A stretch of 64,000 bases of DNA from assembly GCF_006345805.1 (NCBI RefSeq), contig NC_043010.1, forward strand, positions 42,470,001-42,534,000, given 5' to 3'. The position numbers were made by a program, and so were the translations under genes. Source of the stretch: Octopus sinensis. Its lineage: Eukaryota. This document shows, piece by piece, positions 26,986 to 42,189 of the stretch (the first letter of the stretch is position 1; each line of letters opens with the position of its first letter). The notes below the pieces were generated by a model. It was not told where the DNA came from, did not search any database, and saw only the letters and a list, made by a program, of their open reading frames with translations.

Positions 26986-28015
26986 TGGTGACGTAGCGGG
27001 AGGTATTTTATATGGCTGTGGTGAGAGTTAATCTCGACATCTTACTCATATAGTTTCATTCCCTTCTAATTCTCTTTTACCATAATTAAATACATTTTCC
27101 AAGTAATTTTCCTTCTCTCTGCTCTGTCTCTTTGCTTTTCATTTTAGAAAGACTTATCTTTTCTTGCTTTCCATTCACCCTTATGGCACACCTTTATCCT
27201 CCTCTTCCCTGCAGACATCATTTCTCCTCTTCACTCCATTCTTCTTTACTTCCTTATTCAAGTTCTGTTTTGCTAATGTCTTTCTAGCTTTTCACATTTT
27301 GTTTGGAAGACCACTTCAGATGGACAAGTGCAGTCATTCAGCTGCTTTGGTCAACACAATCTTCGGATCAATATTGACTAGCTGTGCTCTTAAAAGTCTT
27401 GCTGGCTTAAAGAATTTCCTTCTCCTCTTGTTCACTTTTTCTCTCGCTCGCTTTTCTCCTCTTTTTACACACACACACACACACACACACATACGTACGC
27501 GCACACAAAAGCACGCCTACATACATCATAGCCAATTTTTTTCTCTTCTTTATCGCTGTGTTTGGTATTGTATTTCTCTATCAATCTCCATTAAGATTCG
27601 TTACTATACACATCGGTGAAACTGGTTCAAGTTGACAGCATCTGATGTCACATAAACATCTATTAATGGGTATGTTTATGCGATCAACATATCTTGTGAC
27701 TGGGTAAACAATTTCTACACACACATACACACACACATATACATACATATACATGTGTGTGTGTGTGTGTGTGTGTAAGTCTTTAAATTTGTACACGCGT
27801 ATATACACTGCCACACATAAACACAATTTTTTTTTAAGTAAGTGGATGTCTGTCGTTGTTAACAAAGAGTATTCAGCTATTAGCTCAATGGAACTTCATA
27901 AAAGTGGCCGCGTATTCCACAGATACGTATAACTTTTTACGTAATCCTTCTGTTGAATCAAGTTGACGCAAGTTAAGATAAAACTGGAAGTGTAAAGTTC
28001 GGAGCGAATTGAAGC

Positions 28016-28049
<34 letters not shown>

Positions 28050-28230
28050 CGAGACAAGGTTCAAGCTAACCCCGGAGGAGAAGGATAATATGGAATCGAT
28101 TTCCGATCGCCTAGAAGTAATGTGAAATTAGGGTAGATTATTGAAGTCTCTTCTCCGAGATAGCAAGATTGCGTCTTTTCCAATCGGCAATAATGATACC
28201 AATGACGTAAATATATATTACAGAGAAAAA

Positions 28231-28645
28231 GGCGGCAAGCAGGCAGAAACGTTAGCACGCCGAGCGAAATGCTTAGCGGTATTTCGTCTGTCGTTACGTT
28301 CTGAGTTCAAACTCCACCGAGGTCGACTTTGCCTTTCATCCTTTCAGGGTCGATTAATTAAGTACCAGTTACGCACTGGGCTCGATATAATCGACTTAAT
28401 CCGTTTGTCTGTCCTTGTTTGTCCCCTCTGTGTGTAACCCCTTGTGGACAGTAAAGAAATAGGTATTTCGTCTGTCGTTACGTTCTGAGTTCAAATTCCG
28501 CCAAGGTCGACTTTGCCTTTCATCCTTCCGGGGTCGATAAATAAAGTACCAGTTTCGCACTAGAGTCGATGTAATCAACTTAATCCGTTTGTCCGTCCTT
28601 GTTTGTCCCCTCTATGTTTAGCCCCATGTGGGCAATAAAGAAATA
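28231..28645 (+). mobile_element. SINE family A dimer enclosed by one 16-bp TSD
   Basis: TSD ATATATATTACAGAGA at 28211-28226 and 28645-28660; junction at 28456-28469. Confidence 0.92.
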
Positions 28646-28992
28646 TATATATTACAGAGAGAAGACAAAGTAAAACTAACAAAAAACAAGCAGACCTATG
28701 TCTGTCCAGCAGTAGTTTCCATGCATGCATACATGCATACATACATACATACAAACATATATGCATGCATACATACTATATATATATATATGGAGCAAAA
28801 CAGTTTGATTCAAATTCGTTGGTACTCTTGAGTTTCAAGCGTGATGCCAGTCGTCAGCCATTTTGAATTTGAATCGAATTGTTTTGATCCATACATGTGA
28901 CTCAATACATTTGTTGAGTGCCCTTCTTTCGTTTGTCCACCCACTCGTATATATATATGTGTGATGCATGTATGTATATATATATATATATG

Positions 28993-29023
<31 letters not shown>

Positions 29024-29124
29024 GCATGTATGTATGTATGTGTGTGTGTATGTATGTATGTATGTATGTATGTATGTATGTATGTATTTATGTATGTATG
29101 TATATATGTATGTATGTATATATG

Positions 29125-29167
<43 letters not shown>

Positions 29168-29319
29168 AATAAAACAGGGAAGTAGACATCTTTTGCACAA
29201 GCACCAGCAGCTACAGAGACTACATATTGAATTGAAATAATGGAAGGGGACGTTTTGTGGCGCTACAGTGGTTGCTTTGGTGTGAAAACTGAGATTTTAT
29301 TGACTTTGGGGGGCACTTG

Positions 29320-29626
29320 ATGGTCTAGATCGGACACCTTTTGCCCGATTTCTATCAAATTTTTAACATGGTAAAGTGGAAGCGGATTTGTAATTTAAAC
29401 GCAGAAATCTAATTTTTTTTATGAATGGCATAGAGATAGATAGAGAAAGATAAAAAGTAAGAGAAAGCTAGGGAAAGTCCGAGAGAAAGGAAGGGTAAGA
29501 GAGTGGGAAAATAAGAAAGGATAGAGAAACAAAGAGAGAGAACGTGGCGATAAGAAACAGAAAGGACGCAACAGAAAGTAACAACCAGAACCTCACCCGC
29601 GCGTAGAGCGGGTCACCTTAAGCTAG
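29320..29626 (+). mobile_element. Probable non-autonomous Helitron (3' end clear, 5' end uncertain)
   Basis: Hairpin CCCGC-GCGTAGA-GCGGG (29596-29612) followed about 10 nt later by CTAG|T (29623-27). Confidence 0.5.
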
Positions 29627-30292
29627 TAATTAAATAGTAAAGTAAATAATGATTATTAGGGTGGAATTTAATATTGTGTTTGTATGAATACCGTTAGTCG
29701 ACCTGCAAGTAATAACAACCAAGTTTCCTCAAATCATACTATATTTTCTGAAAATGGAATGACGATGTAGTCTTAGTTGCACAAGAGGGTCATGACTGGA
29801 GTGGCTTAGATTGTAGGTCTTCTTAATCAGCGTTGGCCGGTAACTAAACAGCCTCAAGGTTGAAATTCCTTTAGGCATTTCTTTGCTGTTATTCACAAAT
29901 CCTCTTTCTCTCTTCGACCTCCATCTATCCTCGTGACATACGAAGTTAAACATAATCTAAAGTTATCGATCAGTTAAGCTTTCACTTTCCTTTCATCGAA
30001 TACTCTTCGCTTGTTTTCACCGATCACTCAAGGACACTGCATTTACACCCTGTTCATCTCATACATTGTACTACCTAGAATGCATTTCCATCGTTACTTC
30101 TGTAACGAACAAGAAATGAATGTGTGAGACAAGTGAAGAACATGAAGACAGATGCGTCAGTTGACAAAGCGATAATGGTTTGCATCATGGCATCATAATA
30201 AAATTGGTCTGGAACTTATACAACAGCCTAACAAAAATATTCTATATTTTCCTTCTCTCTCTCTCTCTCTCTTTCTCCCTCTCTTTCTCACT

Positions 30293-30356
<64 letters not shown>

Positions 30357-33300
30357 CTCTCTCTCTCTCTGACTCTATTTCTCTCTCACGCGTGCGTTTT
30401 TTTTTTTCTTTATCCTCTTCATTCTACTTTTCTCTATTCTCCCATTGTGAATTTCCATAAATGAATAGTTTGCTCATGATTAATTACTGAGCCTCAATTA
30501 AATTCAAGAAACACATACATTGGAATACTGCTCTCACATCTATGGACTCTGCTATTGTTACAACATACATCTCCAAATGAATGTCATTCGACTAACTGAT
30601 AAGCATTAAATCATTCAGCGTGCTTCACATACTAGCTCATATATTTGCTGTTTTTTTTTTTGTCTTTTGTCTATTTTATTACTACGACAATTACATGTAC
30701 TCTCGTGAATAACATTCTTCTGTCGATGTAAGCGATCAAGGCTGACCAGAAAACAAGTTTCTATATGATTTGACTCTACAGAACGAAGCCTAAGTTGTCG
30801 TTGAAGAGGGAAACAGGTTTAAGTTAAGGAAAGGCATAATTGTTAACAACTATTCCGATTGCATTTGACATGTTGGGATTCAGAGCAATAGGTCAGCGAA
30901 TGACAGAATCAGGATACTGTTTTTATGAAGGACATAACATACTATGGCGTAATTCCAAAGATTGGGATAGTTACGTGTAGAGGAAAGGATATTATAGTAG
31001 GTTCTGAAAAACACTTCCATGTTGAAACCCGATACCTCGTTGGGCAGGAGCGATTGATAAAACCTGGCTTATACTGACATAAGTTCAACAAACTATTTCG
31101 TTCCGTCAAATTAAATTACTTGATTTGACTTAAGAAAAATAAGCTCTTAACAATTCGCCTAATCACTCAAAGAAAGTTATTCTCTATATAGACACATCAG
31201 GATTAATCTTGCAAAATAATGAAGTTCTGTTTTGGGGGTTTTGGGGTTTTTTTTTTTTTTTTCTTAAAGTATGAGCTATGTGTCATGTCAAATGAAGTTA
31301 ATATTTATGTTAAAAAATTTTTCTCAACAAATTGACCAAATTACAAATTAAATGACCGTGGATAGAGGCACTTTCAAAAACTTTCAGAAAACAGTGAATA
31401 GAGGGCTAACGCTCTATTGGAGAGATTGGTTTTGAACTTAATATTAAAGAAAAGCGAGGATTCTGAATTTTGTGACGAGAGAAATCGAGGTAGAGTTTAT
31501 TAAAAGCAAAAAAAGTTGTCCCTGAAACTTATCCTAGACAACCGACAGTCTGAAAGGGAATACGCATCAGATATTTCGGGCATATTACTTGCGATAGATT
31601 TCTGGTTATCAAAAATTCCCTGTTGATTTCGACCAATAGCGTGTATGTATTTGTGTGTGTGCATTTGTATGTGTATCTGTTATTGTGTGTGAATGGATGT
31701 GCGCGCACGTGTTATTTTTCCTAGCGGTGGAAGATATCTTCTCAATAGTGCACACATTTTCCTAAAGAGTTTAATACGGAACAGAATGTAGCATAAAAAC
31801 TAAAGATCAAATCATACCAGCATCGGGATCCAATAAACGGCAAGAGAGACCGAGACATTTAATGTACACTGGTCTGAGGTTCCCACATAATGTGGTACCT
31901 ACTGCTATCATCTAGGGTGACCTGAGTCAATCTGAATTAAAATGTTCTGTCCAGAGGCGCAATGGAACAGTTTCAAAACCATAACACAGCTGCTGCATAT
32001 TGTGTGTAGATATATATGTATGTGTGCCCATATATGTGACTGCCTGCATGTTTGCAAGTGCCATGACAAGTGCCAATGATCAGTGATTACATCCGGAAGA
32101 TCCGTGCCTACCACCAAAATCTATTTGTGAAGACGATTCTATAACACAATCTCGCTGCGTTTCGTCCAGCCCAGTTTTGTAAGTCCATTTCAGGAAATAT
32201 AGTCATTTGGGAGGTGGTTATTAGAATTCTTTTGAAAGTATGCTTTATAGTAAATATTTTTTTGTGTGTGTGAAGATGGTGGTGTGTTAGTGATGTGGGT
32301 GATCGAGGTGATGTTAGAGTAAGCTGTGATGGTGTTATAAACTTGTGTATGATTGATATTGACAAGGAACAGTAGTTGTAACCGTCACCGTTATGGAGAT
32401 ACTGGTGAAAATGATTGTTTGATACTAATGAAATTTTATGATGATGATGATGATGATGATTAATTGCAGGTGTGCATTGGCAGTTGCGGTAGAAATAGAT
32501 ATAAAATTATGAGGTGTTATCTTCCTCGTTGTACAGAAACTGTGTAATGTTGATGAAGTTGGTAAAAAGGAGGAAGAAGACGAAAGCGAATAGAGAAAAC
32601 AAAAACATTGGTTATTTGAAAAAATTTAAAGAATATATTCCCAAATTGATGCAATGCGATAGAATAGTTTGCAAGAAGAAAACGTTTTCATCCTGTAACA
32701 TGATGCTGTGGAATTAAAGCAACAACATCAAAAGATAAGCTAGATAGTATTGGTATTTTGAAGCTGCTGTTCTATATATATACATACGTGAACATATCGC
32801 AATATCTGTATACTACGCTAAATATGTCATTTGTGTATTATTTTTCGGCTTTGTTGTAATACAACACAAACTAGGGAAAGAAAAATAACTTTTACGGAGA
32901 TTAATTCTATTATTCAAAGGTACTCTGGTACAGCAGAAAAATAAAATTATATGAGTATACTTCTCAGAAAATGACGAAAATATTCTGTCACAGCTGCTCG
33001 TGTGATCTTTTCTGCATGTGTTTCGTTTTCTGCTGCATTGTATGTATTGCTGCTTTATTGTTGGGGGAGAGGGGCCAGTTGGTTTTGTATCGTATTTCTT
33101 TACAATTGTTTTCCTTATTTTAGTTTACCTGTCTATTTTTAAAAACCAACAGTTTCCTTTTAGTTGAATGCTTGTAAACTATTTGATAAATATATATCAC
33201 TCCAAAACATGTCGGAAGCCATCTACTTAAGTTAACAAACAGTGTTTAACGACTCGTTCAATGTGGTTTTATATCTGAATAAAGTGTATAGACCACAATA

Positions 33301-33631
33301 TCTAGAACTTCATGAAATATCTTGATTAGTTTCACTACTTATATTCTATTATTTATATAATAATAAACAAAAACGTTTTGGTAACTAAAATGTGTACTGT
33401 GTTTATCAAAGTGGAAAGACAATTTGAGCTACAGTTACAATGCTTTTACCTACGCTTTTTAATCTTCACAGACATTATACTATAATTTCCTGATATATCA
33501 CTTTGCTTTACTGTTAGACATTCCACTTAAACGCTTTGTCATAATTAGTTTTTACTCGTTTTTTTTTTCTTTTTTACATTTTAAGTCCAGCCTAGACACG
33601 TTCAGTGTTGCGACATGTTTGTTTCTCAATT

Positions 33632-33665
<34 letters not shown>

Positions 33666-33689
33666 CTCAATATGTATGTGTGAATGTGT

Positions 33690-33732
<43 letters not shown>

Positions 33733-34724
33733 TGGTGGGGTGGGGTGGGGTGGATGTATGTGCGTGTGGCAAATATCCGTTTGACTGACCCACTTCTTAA
33801 TTTTCATAACAAAATTTCTGGACTCCTCCTGAAGCTCGGATTCAGCTGGAACAAGGACTACTGAAATTGCACTTCGATATGTAACGAGATGGCATTGTGT
33901 CTTGAAGTATCACATTCATATTTCTCAGCTTCGAACTTTGGCAGCCATAAAAGACATCAAGTTCACGCGATTGTGACGCAGCCAACCAGATACATTAGTG
34001 AGAGGAAATCCTCCTACCAAATGGTTTACAGAATATTCTGGAACTTTTTGTTGATGGTATATAAAAAGGCGGGTAAATCTAACTAAAAGGAGAGCTATCA
34101 GGTTCCACGGAATTTTATAGCACTTTCCTCAGTGTAATGCCTTCTCAGTTATTCTATCTTCACCACACATAGTTACATTGGTTAATCTTACGAAAAGTTA
34201 TTTACTTAGCTCAACCTGTCCTCATTAATGATAAATCGTTGTGATATTACTTATCAGCAAGTTGCAATAACCAAACATTCTTTTATTTGTTAATTTTTAA
34301 ATGCTGTTATTTATTCAACTGCAGTAAAAAATGTATATTATGTTCCCGGCTAAATAAACAGAATACAAAAAATTTATACTCAATTTGGTGAGATTTTGTG
34401 AATTAAACACCCAGCACACAGATGTTGTTTCTCATCGATTATTCTTTGACTATCACACTAGTCGCACTAGTCTAGTTATATTTTGGTGGTGAAGTGGCTA
34501 ACTCTCAGTTGATGTCATTCACTTTGTCTGCTATTTTCTTTCAATGGTTCGATCAAGTAAGTAACCAGCATATACGAAGATTCAGTTCAATAAAAACAAT
34601 TACACAACTTCTACAAATTTCGAGGACGATAAAATAGAGTATCAAACAATACTGGTGTTGATGGCATCGACTTATCCATCTCCTTACAAAATTTGGCCGT
34701 ATATGAGAAATAATCGTCGTTATC

Positions 34725-34753
34725 ACCACCACCACACCACCACCACCACCACT

Positions 34754-34793
<40 letters not shown>

Positions 34794-34882
34794 CCATCAT
34801 CACCATCATCATCATTACCATCATCACCATCATCATCATCATTACCATTATCATCATCATCATCATTATCATCATCATCATC

Positions 34883-34914
<32 letters not shown>

Positions 34915-35136
34915 TATTAAGGCGGCGAGCTGACGGAATCGTTAGCACGCCGGGCGAAATGCTTCGCAGCATTTTGTCTGTCATCACGGTCGGAGTTCAA
35001 ATTCCGTCGAAGTCGACTTTGCCTTTCATCCTTGCGGAGTCGATAAATTAAGTACCAGTGAAATACTGGGATCGATCTAATCGACTAATTCCCTCCCCCA
35101 AATCTCAGGCGTTGTACCTATTGTAAAAAAGGATTA

Positions 35137-35206
<70 letters not shown>

Positions 35207-35229
35207 CATTATTATTATTATCATTATTA

Positions 35230-35302
<73 letters not shown>

Positions 35303-35330
35303 CATTATTATTATTATTATTATTATTATT
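34725..35330 (+). repeat. (CAC)(CAT)(TAT) array, SINE family A at 34921-35135, then (TAT)n
   Basis: Direct reading; SINE head GGCGGCGAGCTG at 34921. Confidence 0.93.
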
Positions 35331-35414
35331 GCCTTTGCACAGCTTCTAACGCTGGAGATGTACAACGGTGTCAGCTGTTCACTACCAGTGAACTAAGACA
35401 ACGCCTCTTATTTT

Positions 35415-35760
35415 TCGAGCACCTTCCACGTTACCCAAGAATTGACGTCAGATAATCTTTATGATCATTGTAGCGTCAGACGTGTGGACTCCAAACTCAT
35501 CAGATTTAAATCCCATGGACTACTACGCTTGGAGCGTTGTCGAAATGAAGATTAATCGACATCCTAATGATACCATAGCTTCACTGAAGAACTTCATTGT
35601 CCAGACGATGTCCAAAATGAATAAAGACCATTTAGTACATGTACGTCGACGATTGCGGCCCCGCATTAAAGCAGTCATCAAAGCTGAATCTCATATGAAA
35701 GGCTATTGAAAACATCAGCACAAATATTATTAAAATGCATTTGGTTTTTGCTAAATCAGA
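35415..35760 (+). pseudogene. DD37D (maT-type) Tc1/mariner transposase C-terminal fragment
   Basis: DVWTPNSSDLNPMDYYAWSVVEMKINRHP...; same family as 42190-43130. Confidence 0.85.
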
Positions 35761-36199
35761 GTTATTTTATTAAATTAACGAATATGTCCCAGAATACCCT
35801 GTAAATCCAGCAGTAACTTATAATACCCTGATTCAAAAAATGGTTTTGTTTTTAGATTATTCAACAGAAAGTAGTAGAACTTGAATGGCAAACTTGTTCA
35901 ATACATTAAATTCAATAACTTTTGGATTCTCTCTTACGCAATGAAGATCCAGTTTCACAAATACGCTATTCAGTATTGAAAGTGCAGTTGTGTTGTTTAG
36001 CATACTGAATAATTAATAAGAGAATATTTTCTATAATGTATATTAGTAACACTAAATAGTTTTAATAGGCATAGTGTACAAAGTGTTATATGCATATTAC
36101 TAGTGTGAATCAAGAAATAATGGTTCTGTCAGAAGATAAGCGAGGAAGTGACTCATATACATTAGAACGTAATTGAATTTCTCTCTTAGAGAAGAATAA

Positions 36200-36920
36200 A
36201 AATTATTTCATTATTACAAGTGGTCAAAAGATGCATGGTGTCCGACTACAATAAGAGAGGTCCCCCAAGAGAGTTGAAATCCAAACAAAAAGGGAATGTT
36301 AAATTTTCGCACCTAAAGACCTTATAGAATATTCTAGAACGTCTTGGCAAGCCTGTAAAACTCTTGGATTACAAGTCTCTTGTGAAGAACTCCCACTGGT
36401 GCATAATAATGCTATCACCAAATGACCTCTGAGAGTATTAGATGGATATAACAAAATATTGCATCATTATTCACCAGTGGCAATTATTTGAAGTCAATAG
36501 TATCAAATAGCAAGGCGGCGAGCTGGCAGAATCTTTAGCACGACTGGAAAAACCTGTAGTGTCATTTCATCCGTTTTTTATGTTCTGAGTTCAAATTTCG
36601 CTGAGGTCAACTTTGCCTTCCATCCTTTCGGGGTCGATAAAATAAGTACCAGTTGATAATGGGGTCTGGCTAATCGACTTACCTCCGAAACTGCTGGCCT
36701 TGGGCCAAAACTTGAAACCAATATTGCTACATAGCATCTTTTTCGGTCACTCTCCAACAGTCTGCGAGGCATTTAGTGCAACAATGACGAGGAACGGAAA
36801 ACGTTTCAAGATGAATTCTTCGAGTCAATACCTGGTGATTTCTAGTGAAGGAATAGACAAGTTAGTGGAACATTAGCAAGGAGTGAACAAGGAAGAGGAA
36901 TATATTTTTGAATGATATGT
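36200..36920 (+). pseudogene. Highly degenerate mariner transposase relic interrupted by SINE family A (36514-36723)
   Basis: LVHNNA...LHHYSP before the SINE; after it HLFRSLSNSLRG...FQDEFFESIPGDF and EGIDKLVEH*QGVNKEEEYIFE*, resembling the mariner C-terminus. Confidence 0.6.
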
Positions 36921-38457
36921 TAAAATCGTTGACAAAAAGAAAATAAACGAACGAATCAATTTTACAATCCAATATTTTCACTTAATGCTTTCTTAACGAA
37001 AAATTAGGATATGATAATTCCATTTAACCATAGAATGGAGTTGTAAACTAATGATATAGTGTTTTTGTATTGTATTTTGTTGTTCACGGCTCGTAATATC
37101 AACAGCCAGGCCCTATAAATGCTTCCTCAAGCTTTATTTGGTTTCAAATTTGACTCACCGAACTTGTTCACCACCCTCCTCTACCCTATCCATTTTTTGC
37201 CATTATTCACTTCTAATTACATTTTTCATACTTCTATTTCATACGAGAAATGTCTATAAATATTCGGTTTCGCAGGAAATGCTCAGTAAATCAGCGAAAT
37301 ACATTTATATAAGGCATTCCTCAACAACAGAGTTTGTGATGGCAGATTTTTCGCTATTTGTGTTTGCTCGCAATTTTCTTTAATTTATCGCATAAATCTT
37401 TTCAATATAGTTCTTATCATTTCACCATGATCTTATCTTCGTTAAAGGAGAAGTGGTACCTTTTGCATTTATCGTTTTCGCCGAGCAATACAACCTAAGG
37501 CAAACAAGATATTAATCTGTAAACCCTAATGTTTGTCATTTTAGAGAACCAACGAAGCATTACTTTATAAATAGTTTGTTTTCTAGCAATATTGAGAATA
37601 AATTGCAAATTTTCCACTCACTAGTTTATTAAAATCATGTTGCAGTGATTGTTTTATGTTAGGGTGACATGAGCAATCTATTTCAGTCTTTTAATATATT
37701 ACATGCTTTGCTTCGAGAATAGAATTTGGTATTTCTGATGCAATCAACCTTATCAGCATTTTATATATCCATTTGTTGTCGACTTATTTTTTAAGAGGGA
37801 GATTTTCAGTTTTATTCATTTGCTATTTTATGGATGAACATCCATAGTTTTGCTTTAGAATAGAATTCATTTTCAATAATGTTCATGTAGTGGAATTATG
37901 GTAACCATAAATCACGCTATAACGCATATTCAAATATTTTCCGGTCTCTTCAGTAGAGATCAGTTCAAGTTATTTTTAAATCTGTAATTTACATCACGTT
38001 AAATAAAATACTTGTACTACTAAAAATTGGTCAGTGTTCCGGCTAGTATTAACATCAGCAATGTCCGCTAAGTTATTCAAAAGAATCGACAGAATTTTTC
38101 GCATTCGTTTGAAAGCGCAGTATCTGGTGCATATATTTTCTGTTGTAGCACATTTGATTATCAAGGGACATTAACTAATACACTTTTTTTATCTCCCATC
38201 TTTTTTCGCTACGAACTGTTGTACATCATTTTACTGTTTCCAGCGCTTAATCGAATTGACATCATCAGTTTTGTATATATCCATAGTGTATTTAAAGTGT
38301 CCTTCATTTTATAAAGTGATAGGTCATAAATGGTGAAAGATTTCGCTCTGTTGCAAGAAAGTGGTGCGGCCCAAACACATGACTTCAGTTTTTCAAATTA
38401 GAAAGTTGATATATCAGTTAACGTATTTACAGAATTTTTCATTTCTTCTTCAATTTC

Positions 38458-38527
<70 letters not shown>

Positions 38528-38685
38528 GGATGGATGGATGGATGGATGGATGGATGGATGGATGGATGGATGGATGGATGGGTGGGTGGGTGGATGGGTG
38601 GATGGGTGGGTGGGTGGATGGGTGGATGGATGGATGGATGGATGGATGGACGGATGGACGGATGGACGGACGGACGGACGGATTC
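38458..38685 (+). repeat. Graded tetranucleotide array (GATA)>(GGAT)>(GGGT)>(GGAT)>(GGAC)
   Basis: Direct reading. Confidence 0.97.
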
Positions 38686-38702
38686 ATTTGTTTTTCTTGA
38701 CA

Positions 38703-39098
38703 TAGGTGCAGGCGTGGTTGTGTGGTAAGAAGCTTACTTCCCAACCACATGGTTCTGGGTTCAGTCCCACTGCGTGGCACCTTGGACAAGTATTTTCTAC
38801 TATAGCCCCGGGCTGACCAAAGCCTCGTGAGTAAATTTGGTGGACGGAAACTGAAAGAAGCCCGTAGTATATATACATATATATGTTTGTGTGTCTGTGT
38901 TTGTCCACCTGTACCATTGCTTTACAACCGATGTTGGTGTGTTTACGTCTCTGTAACTTAACGGTTCGACAAAGGAACCCGACAGAATGTGTTCTAGGCT
39001 TACAAAGAATAAGTCCTGGGGTTGATTTGTTCGACTAAAGGCGGTACTCCAGCATGGCCGCAGTCAAATGACTGAAACAAGTAAAAGAATAAAAGAAT
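38703..39098 (+). mobile_element. Full-length SINE, family B
   Basis: Head, body and (AAAAGAAT) tail. Confidence 0.92.
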
Positions 39099-39634
39099 AG
39101 GCTTTGATGACTTACGAATTCAAATGTTTGCGGAAAAATTATGCGTGCAAACATTTTTCACTTGGTATGAGGTTACAGCTATAACACTGTGGGGGGGGGT
39201 GCGTGTGTGGGCGGGGTGTTATAACTTCCTTGCGTAGTATGTCGTGACTCACGCGTTCATGCTTAATATTCGATGCCGAGTATTTAATTTTATGTAACAA
39301 AAAGTAGGATAAAAAAAATCAGTAAACCTTGACGTAATTTTGCAATCGATGAAGTATCTGGAGGTTCCTCTTAGCATTTCAATAGTCATCCAACAGAAAA
39401 CAGCAACAGAAAACATTGCCAAAAGTACGGCAGAATTGCAGCAACGCTAGACAGTTTAAGAACATATCTGGGAAATTTAGTTATGCCCTTTACAGCTTAA
39501 ATTCAAATATTGCCGGACTCAACATTACCATTTATCTTCTGAGGGCGATAAAATAAGGTACTAGCCGAGTACTGGGATCACGTTAATATTTTTATGTGAC
39601 ATTCTTATTGTGAATGGAATTATAAATACATTTT

Positions 39635-39990
39635 TTATCCTTTATCTTTTACTTGTTTCAGCCATTAGACCGCGGCCATGCTGGGGCACCACCTTGAAAG
39701 ATTTTTAGTCGGACGAATCGACTCGAGTACTTTTTTAAACCTGGTACTTATTCTTACGGAAACGAAGCAAACCAACACCAAGGGTCAAGCGGTGGGTGGG
39801 GAATAAACACACAGACACACACATACTAACACACACACACACACACACACACGCATACATATATACAATTATATATATATACGACGGGCTTCTTTTAGTT
39901 TCCATCTACCAAATCCTCTCACAAGGCTTGGTCCGAGGATATAGTGGGAGATACTTGTCCCATGTACCATGTAGTGGGACTGAACCAGGC
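39635..39990 (-). mobile_element. SINE family B, partial and diverged
   Basis: Tail and body match; head truncated. Confidence 0.8.
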
Positions 39991-41534
39991 TGAAAAAATT
40001 TTCTGAGTCGACATCAAAATTATTCCAGGTGGTTCGACACTTTACGAATTTAGTGGTATTACTATTTCCTTAATTCGAAGTCAAAAATGGTATTCGCATG
40101 AATTTTAGTTCACCATACTGATAAAGATTTATAATAGAAGTCTGTAGGTTGTGGTGTATGCATATTCATTAATATATTCTGCTTATTTTCCTGCATATTT
40201 ACCCCTTTATATATTTTTGCTCCGTTGTATATAGTTATAACCATCCATGTATTTATCATCTCTCAAAATCCAGAAAAATATTTTTTTTATTCTTACCAAC
40301 GATATTTCACAGCTACCGCGAACGGTGCTTAACCCATTTCAATTACTTATTCACTTTTACATGAAGCCCATTTAGTTAGCATCTCGGGATTGCATGACTT
40401 TTCGGGAAATTTTGAGTCGTTCCCTAAGATAAACTCTATTGATTTTTTTTTATGCAGTTTTGCTAATATTTACACACACATCTAGAGAAGCAGTAAATAC
40501 ATCTGGTACTTCTAGTGTTAACATGTCACGGAAAAATGTACTTAACCCAATGGAACCAATAATACTCATATGTACGTGTGTATGTGCATGCGTGATTGCG
40601 TAAATTCATTTGTATCTAGATATGTTTTATATGTGTTATATACATCCAAATGTAAAAATGTATCCGTAATTATCTGTTTATCACACTGACACCTTTACTG
40701 GTTGCAACTAACGAGATGCAAACATCTTGTTGACTATTTTTAGCGGGAATATAAATCGATAATTGTTTTGTTTCACTGTTCCGACTTTTTTTTTTCTTTT
40801 CTTGTAGATTGCAACATCATCGCAATTGCAACAAATAATTCTGTTTTTGGCAGCTTGAGATGATTGTTTGATGATTAGCAACGTTAATCACACTGACGGC
40901 GATTTTGAAAATACTTATACTTGTATGCGCTAAAATAACATTTTTACTTTTATATATATATAGAGTACCAATTATGAATTATGATGGTATACTTGCAGAT
41001 GTAGGTATATTCTTGGCATCCGATACTTTTATAGTTGCAGATGGTTTAAGTTAGTAGTGCCAATATCTGGTTCGACTGAATATTGTATATCTTGTCTCTA
41101 ACACTTTGCTGTGTCCACAGTCAGAGTAATTCGCTTAATACACCTGAATCGGTTTGATACGCTCTTCCCCTCCAGTTGTTTATTCACCGGTCAATTCTAA
41201 TTGAGAAGAAAGATTGTTAGAGAGAATCTAGAACTACATTATTCAATGTTGCGTTGCCGTATTAATGGATGAGTGACTTCTTATCATATCGGAATTGTTT
41301 CTGTTCCGCACTGAATCATTTCTGGTGAGCCCTATTATTCAGTCTTTAAAAAATTATGTGGTAGTGTACATGTGTGTGTATTAAATATTCCTCATATATA
41401 TATACCACTGTGATGTATGTGTGTGTATATATATATATATATATATAACTAATGTAGGATAAAAGTTTTTCGAAAAAAAATTTTATCAATGGCCAGCATA
41501 TCAAAAAAATACCTTTAAAGGTTAAATTTATAAA

Positions 41535-41691
41535 TAACTTATAAAATAAGGGCAAAAGAAAAATTCTAATGCCAAATATGCCGAAAAAGACAAAATTGTC
41601 AATAAAATTGTCAAAATTGTTATTGACAAATTTGTATTTTTTTCGGCATATTTGGCATTAGAATTTTTCTTTTGCCTTGTTTTATAAGTTA
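41535..41691. repeat. Foldback hairpin with ~70-bp arms
   Basis: TAACTTATAAAATAAGGGCAAAAGAAAAATTCTAATGCCAAATATGCCGAAAAA... is mirrored by ...TTTTTCGGCATATTTGGCATTAGAATTTTTCTTTTGCCTTGTTTTATAAGTTA. Confidence 0.9.
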
Positions 41692-41709
41692 TACATATAT
41701 ATATATATA

Positions 41710-42099
41710 CTAGCAGTATCGCCCGGCGTTGCTCAGGTTTGTAAGGGAAATAACTATAAAGCATTTTTAGAGAGTTATAGCCAAAAAACAGCAAACAAAT
41801 GGAAAAAAAATGATGGTAAATTTTTTTTTGAGAGTAAAAAAAGGTTGAGTTGCGTCCCCTAGACAGTCTGTGGTTTGTTTTTTTTGATTCTCGACCCCAT
41901 GTCGAATTTATCGATTTTTTTCAGAACTGGGGGAACTTTTCAAAATTTTCGCTGCGTTAGTTTTGAATTATGACATTGGGCTATGTGTGTGTCAAGTTTC
42001 ATCAGAATCGGTTGAAAGCCGTGGTCAGGGTGAGGGTACGAGAAAACAGACACACAGAAACACGCACAGACAAACTGCCGTTTATATAGAGAGAGAAGA
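41710..42099 (-). mobile_element. Non-autonomous Helitron inserted in (TA)n
   Basis: 5' A|TCTTCTCTCTCTATATAAA; 3' degenerate hairpin CCTGAGCAACGCCGGG followed by CTAG|T; no TSD. Confidence 0.75.
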
Positions 42100-42189
42100 T
42101 ATATATATACAGATATATAATAACAGATAAAAACTTTATTTATCAAAAATGCTATGAGGATAAAATAAACCTTCTTTTCTATAATGTTA

